In this document: positions 1 through 12,689 of the stretch, piece by piece | Layout: every line of letters starts with the position of its first letter | Numbering within the stretch: position 1 is the stretch's first letter | Assembly: GCF_964213995.1 (NCBI RefSeq) | Contig: NW_027590219.1 | Span: forward strand, 62,001-126,000 | From: Mustelus asterias | Taxonomy: Eukaryota | Reading direction: 5' to 3' | DNA length: 64,000 nt | Translations under genes and position numbers: made by a program | Notes under the pieces: generated by a model | What the model was told of the DNA's origin: nothing | Database searches by the model: none | The model's input: only the letters and a program-made list of their open reading frames with translations

Positions 1-176
1 CTCTCCCCAGTGTGAATTCGCTGGTGTGTCCATAGATTGGATAGCTGGTTGAATCCCTTCCCACACTGAGGGCAGATGAATGGCCTCTCCCCAGTGTGGC
101 TGCGCCGATGAGCATCAAGCAGAGAGGGGGCTCTGTATCTCTTCCCACAGTCCGCACATTTCCATGGTTTCTCCAT
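1..176 (-). CDS. C2H2 zinc-finger gene A (N-terminal part; continues beyond left edge)
   Basis: Minus strand from ATG at 176 reads [58 protein letters not shown]; same start context as paralog at 12690; acceptor tttacag| at 504. Confidence 0.85.
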   Translation of the reverse strand, partial: MEKPWKCADCGKRYRAPSLLDAHRRSHTGERPFICPQCGKGFNQLSNLWTHQRIHTGE

Positions 177-503
177 GATGCAGGTGTCCTTGCCTCTACC
201 TTGGGTGGACAATCAGCTGAAGCCTCATCCACACACACAACACGTGTACAGTGTCTCCCCGCTGTGAATGGTGTGATATTTATTCAGGCTGTGTAACTGG
301 TTAAAGCTCTTCAGTCAGTGCACTGGAACACTCTCACTTGAATGTGGAAGTGTGTTGGTGCTTTTTCAGTCAGATTGATGTTTGAAATCTTTTCAAATCT
401 TCCAGATTCAATGGCCGATGATATTCAGGTCCCAAGGAATATGACTCTGCCAGATCTCAACGTGACATTCGAGATTTTAGCCTGTGATTCCTCTTTCAAT
501 ATC

Positions 504-770
504 CTGTAAAACAAGTTGACACAAGTCATCACTGTCAGTACAGGATCGAAAATCAGAACAGACAATTCCAGTTTCTATGGAACATTCTTTCTCTCTCATT
601 CCCCAAAAGCTGTAAATCTCCATCCCACACACTCTCCCTCCATTCTCACTCTGCTGTATCTAATATTCACCCTCCCAATTCTCCTGAAGGTGCTGATTGA
701 GGCTGATTGACAGATCCGTGCTCACTGCTTCCTGTCCTGGACACAGAGAGCTGAAAATCTCAATGCAGGC
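504..770 (-). repeat. ZNF-cluster paralogous intron block with putative 25-nt non-coding mini-exon
   Basis: Near-identical block (ggacaggaagcagtgagcatggatctgtcaatcagcctcaatcagcacc...) also at ~2490-2760 (+), ~11955-12113 (-) and ~18590-18852 (+). Confidence 0.8.
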
Positions 771-927
771 GGCCAGACAGATATATGCCCATATGACTGG
801 ACTAAAAATGTGTGGAATATACAGACTGGATTCACGACCTTACCCTTCAGTTGCTGCAAGTCCCCAATTTCCCCCAGAATGAGAAAAGAAACGGAAAGGG
901 GGAAACATTGATTTCCTCCCAGATGTT

Positions 928-1380
928 GCAGAGGCGGAAGGTTTAATCTGAAGCTCATTGGCCAACTTCCACATTGTGGCGTCACAATAGAGCCCTGCCT
1001 GAATCAGCCAATAGGAATCTCGCTGCTCTCCGGTGACGTCACTGCGGTTCCAATGCGCAGGCCCGGCCGTCCCCACCCTCTGTTGCCCCTCCCCCTCCTC
1101 CAGCCAAGGTTTCCAGGCAACCGGCTGACAGCTCCGGCCAGAGCGAGAAGCCGCTCGGTGATCTCCTCCCGCCGGCCCGGACTGCGCATGTTCAAGGGAG
1201 AGGGAAGCTGCACATGTGCGGGGGAGGTGCCCACCCGCTGACGAAGATACTGAGGTTTTGACCAATGGGAAGAGTTGGAGGACCGCAAGGAGTCTGGTCC
1301 TCCAGCCAATCAGAGCTCCCCATTGTCTGAATGCGGAAGTTGGTTGGCCAATGAGCTTCAGACCAAACCTCCTCCTCTGT
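928..1380. promoter_or_regulatory. Bidirectional GC-rich promoter between head-to-head ZNF genes A and B
   Basis: CCAAT at 1008, 1262, 1306, 1348 and ATTGG at 957; CRE TGACGTCA 1034-1041; RFX-like GTTTCCAGGCAAC 1109-1121; NRF1-like TGCGCATG 1183-1190; ETS-like CGGAAGT ~1334; ~50-bp inverted arms at 928-975 and 1330-1380. Confidence 0.7.
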
Positions 1381-1432
1381 TCTGTCAGTTTATTTTACTA
1401 TTTATTGCCAATTTATGTACATCTGTGCTTTA

Positions 1433-1643
<211 letters not shown>

Positions 1644-2365
1644 AATGCACAATGAATAGTCAGATCCTCGGAGGTACAGAGGATCAGAGGGACCTTGGTG
1701 CGTATGTTCATAGATCTCTGAAGACAGTAGGACAGCGACATAAGGTGGTTCAGAAGGCACATGGGATACTTGCCTTCATTAACCGAGGCATTGAATATAA
1801 GAGCAGGGAGGTTATAATGGAGCTATACAAAACGCTGGTTGGCCACACTATGGTGGAGTACTGTGTGCAGTTCTGGTTGCCACACTATAGGAAGGATGTA
1901 ATTGCACTGTAGAAGGTGCAGAGGAAATTCCCCAGGGTGTTGCCTGGGCTGGAGTGTTTCAGCTATCAAGAGAAACTGGATAGGCTGGCGTTGTTTTTCT
2001 TGGAGCAGAGAAGGGTGAGAGGGACCTTATTGAGGTGTATAAAATTCTGAGGGGCACAGATGGAGGGGGACAGGAAGGAACTTTTCTCTTTAGTAGAGGG
2101 GGCAATAACCAAAGGCATGGATTTAAGTTCAGGGGCAGTAGGTTTATAGGAGATGTGAGGAAAAACCTTTTCACTCAGACGGTGGTGGGAATCTGGAACT
2201 CACTGCATGAAACATTTAAGAAGTATTTAGATGAGCTCTTGAAATGCCATAGCATACAAGGTTACGCACCAAGAGTGGAAAATGGGATTAGAATAGAAAG
2301 GTGTTTGATGGTCGGCGCAAAGACGATAGGCTGAAGGGCCTCTTTCCATGCTGTCAAACTCTATG
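1644..2365 (+). mobile_element. CR1 LINE 3' fragment
   Basis: RT C-terminal peptides (QRDLG..VHRSLK, EYCVQFW.PHYRKD) with stops; CR1-type tail. Confidence 0.85.
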
Positions 2366-3069
2366 ACCACCCTCACAGGCAGTAAGTTCAAGACTATCAT
2401 CAATCACAACCCCCTGTATCTTCACTAACTGAAACAATCCATTTAAAACATTCTTAGTCGAGGAATATCATCATATTTCTGTTCGGCCGGAAGCCTGCAT
2501 GGAGATTTTCAGCTCTCTGTGTCCAGGACAGGAAGCAGTGGGCATGGATCTGTCAATCAGCCTCAATCAGCACCTTCAGGAGAATTGGGAGGGTGAATAT
2601 TAGATACAGCAGAGTGAGAATGGAGGGAGAGTGTGTGGGATGAAGATTTACAGCTTTTGGGGAATGAGAGAAGAAAGAATGTTCCATAGAAACTAGAATT
2701 GTCTGTTCTGAATTTCTATGCTGTACTGACACTGATTAATTTTTCAAACTCGTTTTACAGGATATCAGAAGGTGAGGATTTACAGACAAAAACTCAAAAC
2801 AAACATCACGTCAGCATTCAATTTATCAGGACCTGAATATCACTGACCTTTGATTCTAGAAGGTGAAATGTTTCTCTGTTCTTTCTGCTTCAGAAGATTC
2901 TCAACATCAGTGTGACTGGAAAAGCACCGAGACTCACACACATCCGAGTGAGAGTGTTCCAGTACACTGAGTGTGGAAAGAGCTTTAACCAGTTACACAG
3001 CCTGAAAATACATCGCAGCATTCACAGCGGGGAGAGACTGTACCCGTGTTCTGCGTGAGATTTAACTGA

Positions 3070-3864
3070 TTGTTTAACCTGGAGAGTCACAAGGACACCC
3101 GCATCAGGGGAAAACCGTGGAAATGTGGGGACTGTGGAAAGGGATTCAATGTCCCATCAGAGCTGGAAATTCATCGACGCAGTCACACTGGAGAGAGACC
3201 GTTCAGCTGCTCAGATTGTGGGAAGGGATTCACTCAGTCATCCAGCCTGCAGAGACACCAGCGAGTTCACACCGGGGAGAGACCGTTCACCTGCTCTCAG
3301 TGTGGGAAGGGATTCACTCGGTCCTCCCACCTGCTGAGTCACAAAGTCACTCACACCAATGAGAGACCCTTTAAATGTACTGACTGTGGGAGTGGATTTA
3401 AAAGTTCTCGAGAACTGGTGTCCCACCAACGCACTCACACTGTGGAGAGACCGTTCAGCTGCTCTCACTGCTCAAAGATGTTTAGAACGACATTCCACCT
3501 GCGGAAACACCAGCGAGTTCACACTGGGGAGAGGCCGTTCACCTGCTCTGTGTGTGGGAACGGGTTCACTCAGCTATCCATCCTGCTGAGACACAATCTC
3601 ATTCACACCAATGAGAGACCCTTTAAATGTTCTGACTGTGGGAGCGGATTCAAAAGCTCAGTGGATCTGGTGTCCCACCAGCGCATTCACACTGAGGAGC
3701 GACCATTCAGCTGCTCTCACTGCACAATGAGATTTAAATGGTCATCTGCACTGCGGATACACCAGCGAGTTCACACTGGGGAGAGGCCGTTCGCCTGCTC
3801 TGTGTGTGGGAAGGGATTGACTCGGTTATCCAACCTTCAGAAACACCAACAGATTCACAAATGA
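3070..3864 (+). pseudogene. C2H2 zinc-finger gene B, 9 fingers, open frame but paralog start ATG replaced by AGG
   Basis: Nine CxxC...HxxxH fingers with TGERP-type linkers; paralogs have acc ATG GAG AAA CC whereas this has atc AGG GGA AAA CCG at 3106; exon acceptor at 2760. Confidence 0.7.
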
Positions 3865-4039
3865 TTATCGAGTTGGTTTCTGCTGTTAATCACATCCAGC
3901 ACTGAACCACGTTCATTCTGACAGTTGGTGAAGTGGAAGGTTGAAGGGTTTTCTTTCTGCTGGACTGGCTGGTTTCACCCCTCTGCTTCCAATGAGCTGA
4001 TGCTCTTTGAGCCTGGGAGAGCACATTTCCAATGAAATA

Positions 4040-5630
4040 AGAACAAAGAAAATTACAGCACAAGAACAGGCCCTCCAAGCCTGCACTGATCATGCTGCCT
4101 GACTGAACTAAAACCCCCTACCCTTCCGGGGATCATATTCCTCTATTCCCATCCTATTCATGTATTTGTCCAGATGCCCCTTAAAAGTCACTACTGTATC
4201 CGCTTCCACTACCACCCCCAGCAGCGAGTTCCAGGCACCCATCACCCTCAAGAACAAAGAACAATACAGCACAGGAACAGGCCCTTCGGCCCTCCAAGCC
4301 CGTGCTGCTCCCTGGTCCAAACTAGACCATTCTTTTGTATCCCTCCATTCCCACTCCGTTCGTATGGCTATCTAGATAAGTCTTAAACGTTCCCAGTGTG
4401 TCCGCCTCCACCACCTTGCCTGGCAGCGCATTACAGGCCCCCACCACCCTCTGTGTAAAATATGTCCTTCGGATATCTGTGTTAAACCTCCCCCCACCTT
4501 CACCTTGAACCTATGACCCCTCGTGAACGTCACCACCGACCTGGGGAAAAGCTTCCCACCGTTCACCCTATCTATGTCTTTCATAATTTTATACACCTCT
4601 ATTAAGTCTCCCCTCATCGTCCGTCTTTCCAGGGAGAACAACCCCAGTTTACCCAATCTCTCCTCATAACTAAGCCCCTCCACACCAGGCAACATCCTGG
4701 TAAACCTCCTCTGTACTCTCTCCAAAGCCTCCACGTCCTTCTGGTAGTGTGGCGACCAGAACTGGACGCAGTATTCCAAATGCGGCCGAACCAACGTTCT
4801 ATACGTCTGCAACATCAGACCCCAACTTTTACACTCTATGCCCCGTCCTATAAAGGCAAGCATGCCATATGCCTTCTTCACCACCACCTCCACCTGTGAC
4901 GTCACCTACAAGAATCTGTGGACTTGCACACCCAGGTCCCTCTGCGTATCTACACCCTTTATGGTTCTGCCATTTATCGTATAGTTCCTCCCTACATTAT
5001 TTCTACCAAAATGCATCACTTCGCATTTATCAGGATTGAACTCCATCTGCCATTTCTTTGCCCAAATTCCCAGCCTATCTATATCCTTCTGTAGCTTCTG
5101 ACAATGCTCCTCACTATCTGCAAGTCCTGCCAATTTTGTGTCGTCCACAAACTTACTGATCACCCCAGTTACACCTTCTTCCAGATCATTTATATAAATC
5201 ACAAACAGCAGAGGTCCCAATACAGAGCCCTGCGGAACACCACTAGTCACAGGCCTCCAGCCGGAAAAAGACCCTTCCACTACTACCCTCTGTCTTCTGT
5301 GACCAAGCCAGTTCTCCACCCATCTAGCCACCTCCCCCTTTATCCCATGAGATCCTACCTTTTTCACCAGCCTACCATGAGGGACTTTGTCAAACGCTTT
5401 ACTAAAGTCCATTCTAAAGTACACACTGTGTAAAAAATCTGCCTTATACATCTCCTTTAAACCTTGCCCCTCGCACCTTAAAGCTGTGACTCTTCCACCC
5501 TGGGAAAAAGCGTTTGACTATCCATTCTGTCCATGCCCCTCATAATATTGTAGACTTCTATCAGGTCACTGCTCAACCTCTGTTGTTCCAGTGAGAACAA
5601 ACCAAGTTTCTCCAACCTCTCCTCATAGCG
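4040..5630 (-). mobile_element. Nested CR1 LINE 3' fragments
   Basis: RT ORFs 4372-4905 and 4906-5451 ([29 protein letters not shown]); two CR1 tails at ~4040 and ~4250. Confidence 0.9.
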
Positions 5631-5739
5631 AAACAAACAAATAAACAAAATGATCCACAAAAACTGATGAAAGACATTTATTTTATCCTGGATAGTAAAT
5701 AGTGTTTTTCCTCCACTGCAAGTAGATCTAAAATAAATA

Positions 5740-6000
5740 CAGAAAGAACTGGAAAAACACAGGTCTGGCAGCATCTGTGGAGAGAGAAACTGAGTTAATG
5801 TTTCACGTCCAATGTAACTCTACTTCAGAACTAGAGGGAGAAATGTGATGGGTTTGATACTGCTGAGAAAGGGGGGAGGGTCAGGTCGAACAAAAGGGAA
5901 AGTCAGGGATTGGTTAGAGGGCGACGAGATTAAATGTCAAAAATGTCCTGGAACAAAAGGCAAAGGGAGAGGTAATGGTTGTAGTGAAGAAAGAAAGCAG
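5740..6000. mobile_element. Degenerate Penelope-like element terminal fragment
   Basis: ctggcagcatctgtggagagagaaac...gtttcacgtcc...cttcagaact resembles chondrichthyan PLE ends; decayed CTGAAG..GAAAC core on minus strand. Confidence 0.4.
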
Positions 6001-7639
6001 TTTTGTCACTAGATTAATTGTATCCTCAATTACTTGCCCCATTTTCTGTCATTATCAGGAATACAATAGAATAATTTCACACCATCCCTTTATCTGATTC
6101 TATACAATCCCTGTACAAATGTTGAGGCTAATCAGAGCTGGAAGGTCTCTCTCGCCGGTACATTTATCTTCACTGCACATTCTTTACATACACAGCAATT
6201 AAGCTTTTACATTTGACTGCAAATAAAACTCAATCTTTCATTATAACTACTGATTCATTATTGATTCATTAACTTTAACTCAATTATGGCTCACAACTTA
6301 TTCAACCATCTGTTACTGACTGGTAGCTAATTATTACAGTAATCTTTAATTAATACATTTGGTTAATACAAGATACAATGGTTCAAAAATATACTTTGTG
6401 AAAGACACAAAGCTTTCTTACTAATCTTGATCAGGTTGAACAATCAGCCTCATTCTTGAGCCAGACTTTAGCAGAATATAGTGTCCTCTAACTTATCAAA
6501 ATGATTGAAGAATTCCTTAATTGCTTGCTCAGCAGTGTCTGGAGGCTTTTAGCTTTATGATATAAAGTTCTCATCACATGTTAGAGTTTAACATGGCTTC
6601 CTTGACCTAGTTATATTTAACTGTTAATACAGATGGAAGTGATCATTTTCATTTCTGAGGCACCCCTACATTTACCCACATCACAACAGTGACTACACTT
6701 CAAAATAACTTGACCGTAAAACACTTTCCAAGATCTTGTGGTCATGCAAGAAGCTGCAGAAATGTAATTTCCTTTTTAGGAATAGTCCCCAACTTGGATA
6801 CATCACACTCAGTCCACTCATGGAGATCATTAATAAAGACTGAGTCTCAATTTTGAGTAACAACCATGTCTTTCACTCCGTTTCCAAATCCCCTGTGAAA
6901 ATCCAAACACAATATATCGTGAAATTATTTGGTTTAAAACAGAATGAGTTGTTGTGATTTGGAATTCACTGTCTGAAAATGGTGCAGGAAGCAAATTAAA
7001 CTGGATCTTTCAAAAGGGAACTGGGCAGATTCTAAATGAAATATGGGATTAATGGAGGATCTTGTTCAAAGGGATATCATGGGTACAATGGCTGGAATGG
7101 CCTCCTTCTCTGCTCTCAGATTCATTTTCATTTGATGAAAGTGATAAATATCTGGAACCCACTTCCTACGATGGGCAGAGAAACAGAGATGATGGAATCT
7201 TTCCAAAAGGAAATTGGATGGGCAATTGAGGGAAATAAACCGACAGGGGTACGGGGATAGAACGGGGCAATGGTTTGATTCACAGGGAACCAGCATGGAC
7301 TTAATGGGGCGGATGGCCGCATTCGTGACCCTAATTCTTGACTGATCTAAAGAGAGTATAACCTGATGCATAACCATAAAGCGAATGAAGACAACAGCAA
7401 AGGCTGATGGTTAGAAGAGCTAACTCTGTATCAGGCTGAGTACTGTGGGAGGATCAGGCTGAAGGAGTTCTGCACTGAGGAATGGACACAGGAGCTCATT
7501 GATTGGGGGCAGTCGCTCTGCCTCGAACAGACATTGAGTGAACATAGACCCTTGTGTGTTGTGCTCCTGAGAGAAATGCCACCCCCTGAGAAAGGCATGA
7601 CTCCCTCAGCCTTTGTGACTAAAAGACAGTGATCCATAT

Positions 7640-8530
7640 GACCATAAGATATCAGGGCAGAATTAGGCCATTTGGCCCATCGAGTCTGCTCTGCCATTCA
7701 ATCATGGCTGATATGATTCTCATCCCCATTCTCCTGCCTTCCCCCCATAACCTTTGATCCCCTTATTGATCAAGAACCTATCCATCTCTGTCTTAAAGAC
7801 ACTTAATGACCTGGCCTCCACAGCCCTTTGTGGCAATGAGTTTCACATTTGCCACCCTCCTCTCGAGAAATTCCACCTCATCTCAGTTTTAAAGGAGCGT
7901 CCCTTCACTCTGAGGTTTCCACTAGTGGAAACATCCTCTCCACGTCCATTCTATCTCGGTCTCTCAGTATTCTGTAAGTTTCAATTAGATCCCCTCTCAT
8001 CCTTCTGAACTCCATCGACGATAGACCCAGACTCCTCAACTGCTCCTCATATGACAAACCCTTCATTCCTGGGATCATTCCTGTGAACCTCCTCTGGACC
8101 CCCTCTAAGGCCAGCACATCCTTCCTTAGGATGGGGCCCAAAACTGCTCACAATATTCCAAATGGGGTCTGACCAGAGCCTGATACCGCCTCAGCAGTAC
8201 ATCATTGCTCTTGTATTCTAGCCCTCTAGAAATGAATGCAAGCATTGAATTTGCCTTCGTAACTGCCAACTGAACCTGCATGTTAACCTTAAGAGATTCC
8301 ACAACCAGCACTCCCAAGTCCCTTTGTGCTTGAGATTTCCGAAACCTTTCACCATTTGGAAAATAGTCTACGCCTCTTCTTCTGACCAAAGTGCATAACC
8401 TCACACTTCCCCACATTATATTCCATCTAGCACTTCTTTGCCCATTTGCCTAGCCTGTCCAAGTCATTCTGCAGCCTCCCAACTTCCTCAACACTACCAG
8501 TCCCTCTACATATCTTTGTATCATCCGCAA
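7640..8530 (-). mobile_element. CR1 LINE 3' fragment
   Basis: Peptides [30 protein letters not shown]; tail ccataagatatcag. Confidence 0.85.
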
Positions 8531-9195
8531 ATTTAGAAAGGGTCAAGACCTTTCAGGTGTCCAGATCACCAACAATCTGCCCTGGTCCCCCCCATGCTGA
8601 CACTATAGTTAAGAAAGCCCACAAATGCCTCTACTTTCTCAGAAGACTGAGGAAATTTGGCATGTCAGCTATGACTCTCACCAATTTTTACAGATGCACC
8701 ACAGAAAGCATTCTTTCTGGTTGTTTCACAGCTTGATATGGCTCCTGCTCTGCCCAAGGTCACAAGGAACTACAAAAGGTCGTAGTGTAGCCCAATCCAT
8801 CATGCAAACCAACCTCCCATCCATTGACTCTGTCTACACTTCCCGCTGCCTCGGCAAAGCAGCCAGCATAATTAAGGACCCCACGCACACCGGACATTCT
8901 CTCTTCCACCTTCTTCCATTGGGAAAATGATGCAAAAGCCTGAGGTCACGTACCAACCGACTCAAGAACAGCTTCTTCCCTGCTGCCATCAGACTTTTGA
9001 ATGGACTAACCTTGCATTAAGTTGCTCTTTCTCTATACCCTAGCTATGACTGTAACACTACATTCTGCACTCTCTCATTTCTTTCTCTGTGTACGGTATG
9101 CTTTGTGCGTATAGCGCACAAGAAACAGTACTTTTCACTGTATGCTAATACATGTGACAATAATAAATCAAATCAAAACAAAATCAAATCAAAAT
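8531..9195 (+). mobile_element. Rex1/Babar-like LINE 3' fragment
   Basis: VKKAHKCLYFLRRLRKFGMS...FYRCT.ESILSGC; HSLFHLLP.GK; (aaatc)n tail after aataaa. Confidence 0.75.
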
Positions 9196-9439
9196 AAATT
9201 TAGCAATTATGCCCTCATTCCATCTTCCAGATCATTAATGTGTAACAGTGCATGTTCTGTGAATATGTGACTGAAAGCACATCTCAGCCAGCGAGACCCC
9301 GAGCAGAAGAAGATAAAGGAGATTTGCCAGTGTTGACCTGCAGGAATAACCAAAGCACAAAGAAAGGTCCCCAAGTCTGGGACTCAGAAATATTGGAACA
9401 AAAGCCTATCGGCAGGGAGCCTGATCAATTTGCCTTTTT

Positions 9440-9985
9440 GGTTTGATTTGATTTACTATCGTCACATGTATTAACATACAGTGAAAAGTTTTGTTTCTTG
9501 TGCGCTAAACAGACAAAACAAAACATTCATAGAGAAGGAAATGAGAGAGTGCAGAATGTAGTGTTACAGTGATAGCTTGGGTGTAGAGAAAGATCAACTT
9601 AATGCAAGGGAAGTCCATTCAAAAGTCTGACAGCAGCAGGGAAAAATCTGTTCTTGAGTTGGTCGGTACGTGACCTCAGATTTTTGTATCTTTTTCCCAA
9701 TGGAAGAAAGGGGAAGAGAGAATGTCCAGGGTGCGTGGGGTGCTTAATTATGCTGGCTGCTTTGCCGAGGCAGCGGGAAGTGTAGACAGAGTCAATGGAT
9801 GGGAGGCTGGTTTGCGTGATGTATTGGGCTACATTCACTACCTTTGGTAGTTCCTTGCGGTCTTGGGCAGAGCAGGAGCCGTACCAAGCTGTGATATGGG
9901 ACATCTGTAAAAGTTGGCGAGAGTCGCAGCTGACATGCCAAATTTCCTTAGCCTTCTGAGAAAGTAGACGAGTTCCTTGCACTGG
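9440..9985 (-). mobile_element. Rex1/Babar-like LINE 3' fragment (inverted relative to 8531-9195)
   Basis: YFLRRLRKFGMS, AWYGSCSAQDRKEL, LKNRFFPAAVRLLN; (gattt)n tail. Confidence 0.75.
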
Positions 9986-10077
9986 GTAGTATTTGAGTCC
10001 AAGCTGTGAGTTTTGTGTTTTTTAATCAGTATTTTAGCAAGTGTTGAGTAAAAAGGCAGTTTCAATGGTTTTTGAAT

Positions 10078-10411
10078 GAACATAGAAACCCTACAGTGCA
10101 GAAGGAGGCCATTCGGCCCATCGAGTCTGCACCGACCACAATCCCACCCAGGCCCTACCCCCACATATTTACCCGCTAATCCCTCTAACCTACACATCCC
10201 AGGACTCTAAGGGGCAATTTTTAACCTGGCCAATCAACCGAACCTGCACATCTTTGGACTGTGGGAGGAAACCGGAGCACCCGGAGGAAACCCACGCAGA
10301 CACGAGGAGAATGTGCAAACTCCACACAGACAGTGACCCGAGCCGGGAATCGAACCCAGGACCCTGGAGCTGTGAAGCAGCAGTGCTAACCACTGTGCTA
10401 CCGTGCCGCCC
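10078..10411 (-). mobile_element. tRNA-derived V-SINE (HE1-like)
   Basis: Minus strand: GGCACGGTAGCACAGTGGTTAGCAC (A box) ... GGTTCGATTCCC (B box), V-domain TGTGTGGAGTTTGCACATTCTCC, CR1-like tail. Confidence 0.85.
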
Positions 10412-10479
10412 GTGTTCGAAGATGTGCTACCGTGTTCGAAGATAAGTTAAGAAAGGAATAGTTCATTGGTGAACCCTTC

Positions 10480-10850
10480 AGCATGCAGGTCAGCGGTAGC
10501 ACCCCCGCACATGCGCAGCTTCCCCTCTCCCTTGGACATGCGCAGTCCCGGGCCGGGGGGAGGGGGAGATCACCGAGCGGCTTCTCGCTCTGTCCGGAGC
10601 CGTCAGCCGGTTGCCTGGAAACCTTGGCTCGAGGAGGTGCAGGGGGAGGGGAACAATGGGTGGGGGCGGGTCTCCCGTGTCCGCGCGGCGGAGATCCCAC
10701 CCCCTGACCTTCATGCTGAGGGGTTGACCAATGGGAAGAATTGGAGGACCGGAAGGACTCTGGTCCTCCAGCCAATCAGAACGCGGATTTTGTGTGAATG
10801 AAGATTGAGCTTCAGACAGACTGAAACTTCCTCTGTGCAACATCTGTGAG
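10480..10850 (+). promoter_or_regulatory. Paralogous ZNF promoter and first exon for gene C
   Basis: Homologous to 928-1380 (RFX/NRF1 core inverted, CCAAT pair in same orientation); donor catct|gtgagt at ~10845. Confidence 0.65.
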
Positions 10851-12689
10851 TAAAACACTTTCTTTTCTCCCCCTTTCCATTTCTTTTCTCATTCTGGGGG
10901 AAATTGGGGACTTGCAGCAACTGAAGGGAAAGGAAATGAATCCAGGGAGGCTGCAGACTCTGGAAAGGTTGGCCCAGGTTTCTCTCTCTCAAACCAGAAA
11001 ATGATCCATTTCTGCCCACTGTTTGCTGTTAGCCAATTTTCTATCCACGCCAATATGTTATCCCCACAGCATGAATTTTTATTTGCTGCAATAATCTTTA
11101 ATGTTTCACCTCATCAAATGTCTTCTGGAAATCTAAGTACAGCACATCCACTGATTCCATTTATCCAATTCCCAATGGGGAATTTTAGAAAATTAAACAA
11201 CACATCAACGATCTCACTCTGTTAAGACCGAGAATGGAGCCCAGCAGGACCCGAGGACTCATCAGCCCACAGCTCCAACAGTTTGCTGAGGACCACTTCC
11301 CTGGTAATTGTGCTTTTTCAGAGTTCATCCCACACTTCTGTTTTCTGATTTCCAGCTGTTTCTGAGTTTTAACTGTATCCTCTATTGTGAACACCGAGGC
11401 AAAATACTTGTTCAATTAATTTCCCAGCTCCTTATTTTTCATTTTTAATTGCTGGACTCACTTTCTATAAGACTCTTAAGAAATGAAGTAGGGCAAGTGA
11501 ATGAAGTGTCAGTCGGAGAGCACTTTGTGTCCAGTGACCAGAACACTATTAGTTTTTAAATAGTTCTGGAAAAAGATAGGAGTGATCCACAGGTTAAGGC
11601 CCTAAACTGGAGCAGGGCCAATGTTGTGGGCATTAGGCAGGATCTAGCAGATGTTGATTATGTGAGTCTGTTTGAAGAGAAAGGAATGACTGGCCAATGC
11701 GAAGCTTTTAAAAGTGTGATATCAAGAGTCCAGGAGAAGTATATTCCTGCTCAGATGAAGGGAGAGAATGGTAAACACACAGCCATGGAGCATTAAACTT
11801 GCCTCGCAGGGCCTCTCATATCAGCGCAAAGACAGCTGCTTTGTGAGACTGCGAGCAGCACAGACAAGTCAGAGATAAGAGTGTCTTGAGAAGAGGGATT
11901 CATTGTGAAGGCTCAGGGACGGTTGATAAGATGTAAGAATTCTATTATTTTAATGAACATTCTTTCCTCTCTCGTTCCCCAAAAGCTGTAAATCTCCATC
12001 CCACACACTCTCCCTCCATTCTCACTCTGCTGTATCTAATATTCACCCTCCCAATTCTCCTGAAGGTGCTGATTGCGGCTGATTGACAGATCCATGCTCA
12101 CTGCTTCCTGTCCAGCAGTCAAAAAATCATAAGATTTCGGAGCTGCAGTTGGCCATTCAGCCCATCGAACTGCCTCAAACATTCATGGAGAATTGGCTGA
12201 TCTACCTCAGCACCATTTCCCACACTATCCCCTAGATAGAGAGAGAATAGAGCCAACGTTTCGAGTCTGCAGAGAGGAAGGAATGTTCAATAGAAACTTG
12301 AATTGTCTGTTCTGAATTTCTATCCTGCACTGTCACTGATGACTTCTGTAAACTCATTTTACAGGGTATCGAAAGAGGAATCACAAGCTGAAATCTCAAA
12401 CGTCACATCTCGATCTGACAGAGTCATATTCCTTGGGACCTGAATATCATCAGCCTTTGAATCTAGGAAAAATGGTTGTCTGGTCTGATGACTTGAAAAG
12501 ATTTCAAACATCAGTGTGACTGGAAAAGTGCCAACACACTGCCAGACTGGAGTCAGAGTGTTCCAGTGCACTGAGCTTGAACCAGTTACACAGCCTGAAT
12601 AAATATCACACTGTTCACAGCGGGGGTGGGGGACTGTTCTGTGTGTGGACGAGTCTTCAACTGAAGAGAGAGGCAAGGACACCTGCACC

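Noticed and set aside
6050-6670. AT-rich segment possibly an LTR
   Set aside because: No matching inverted termini, TSD or second copy could be established.
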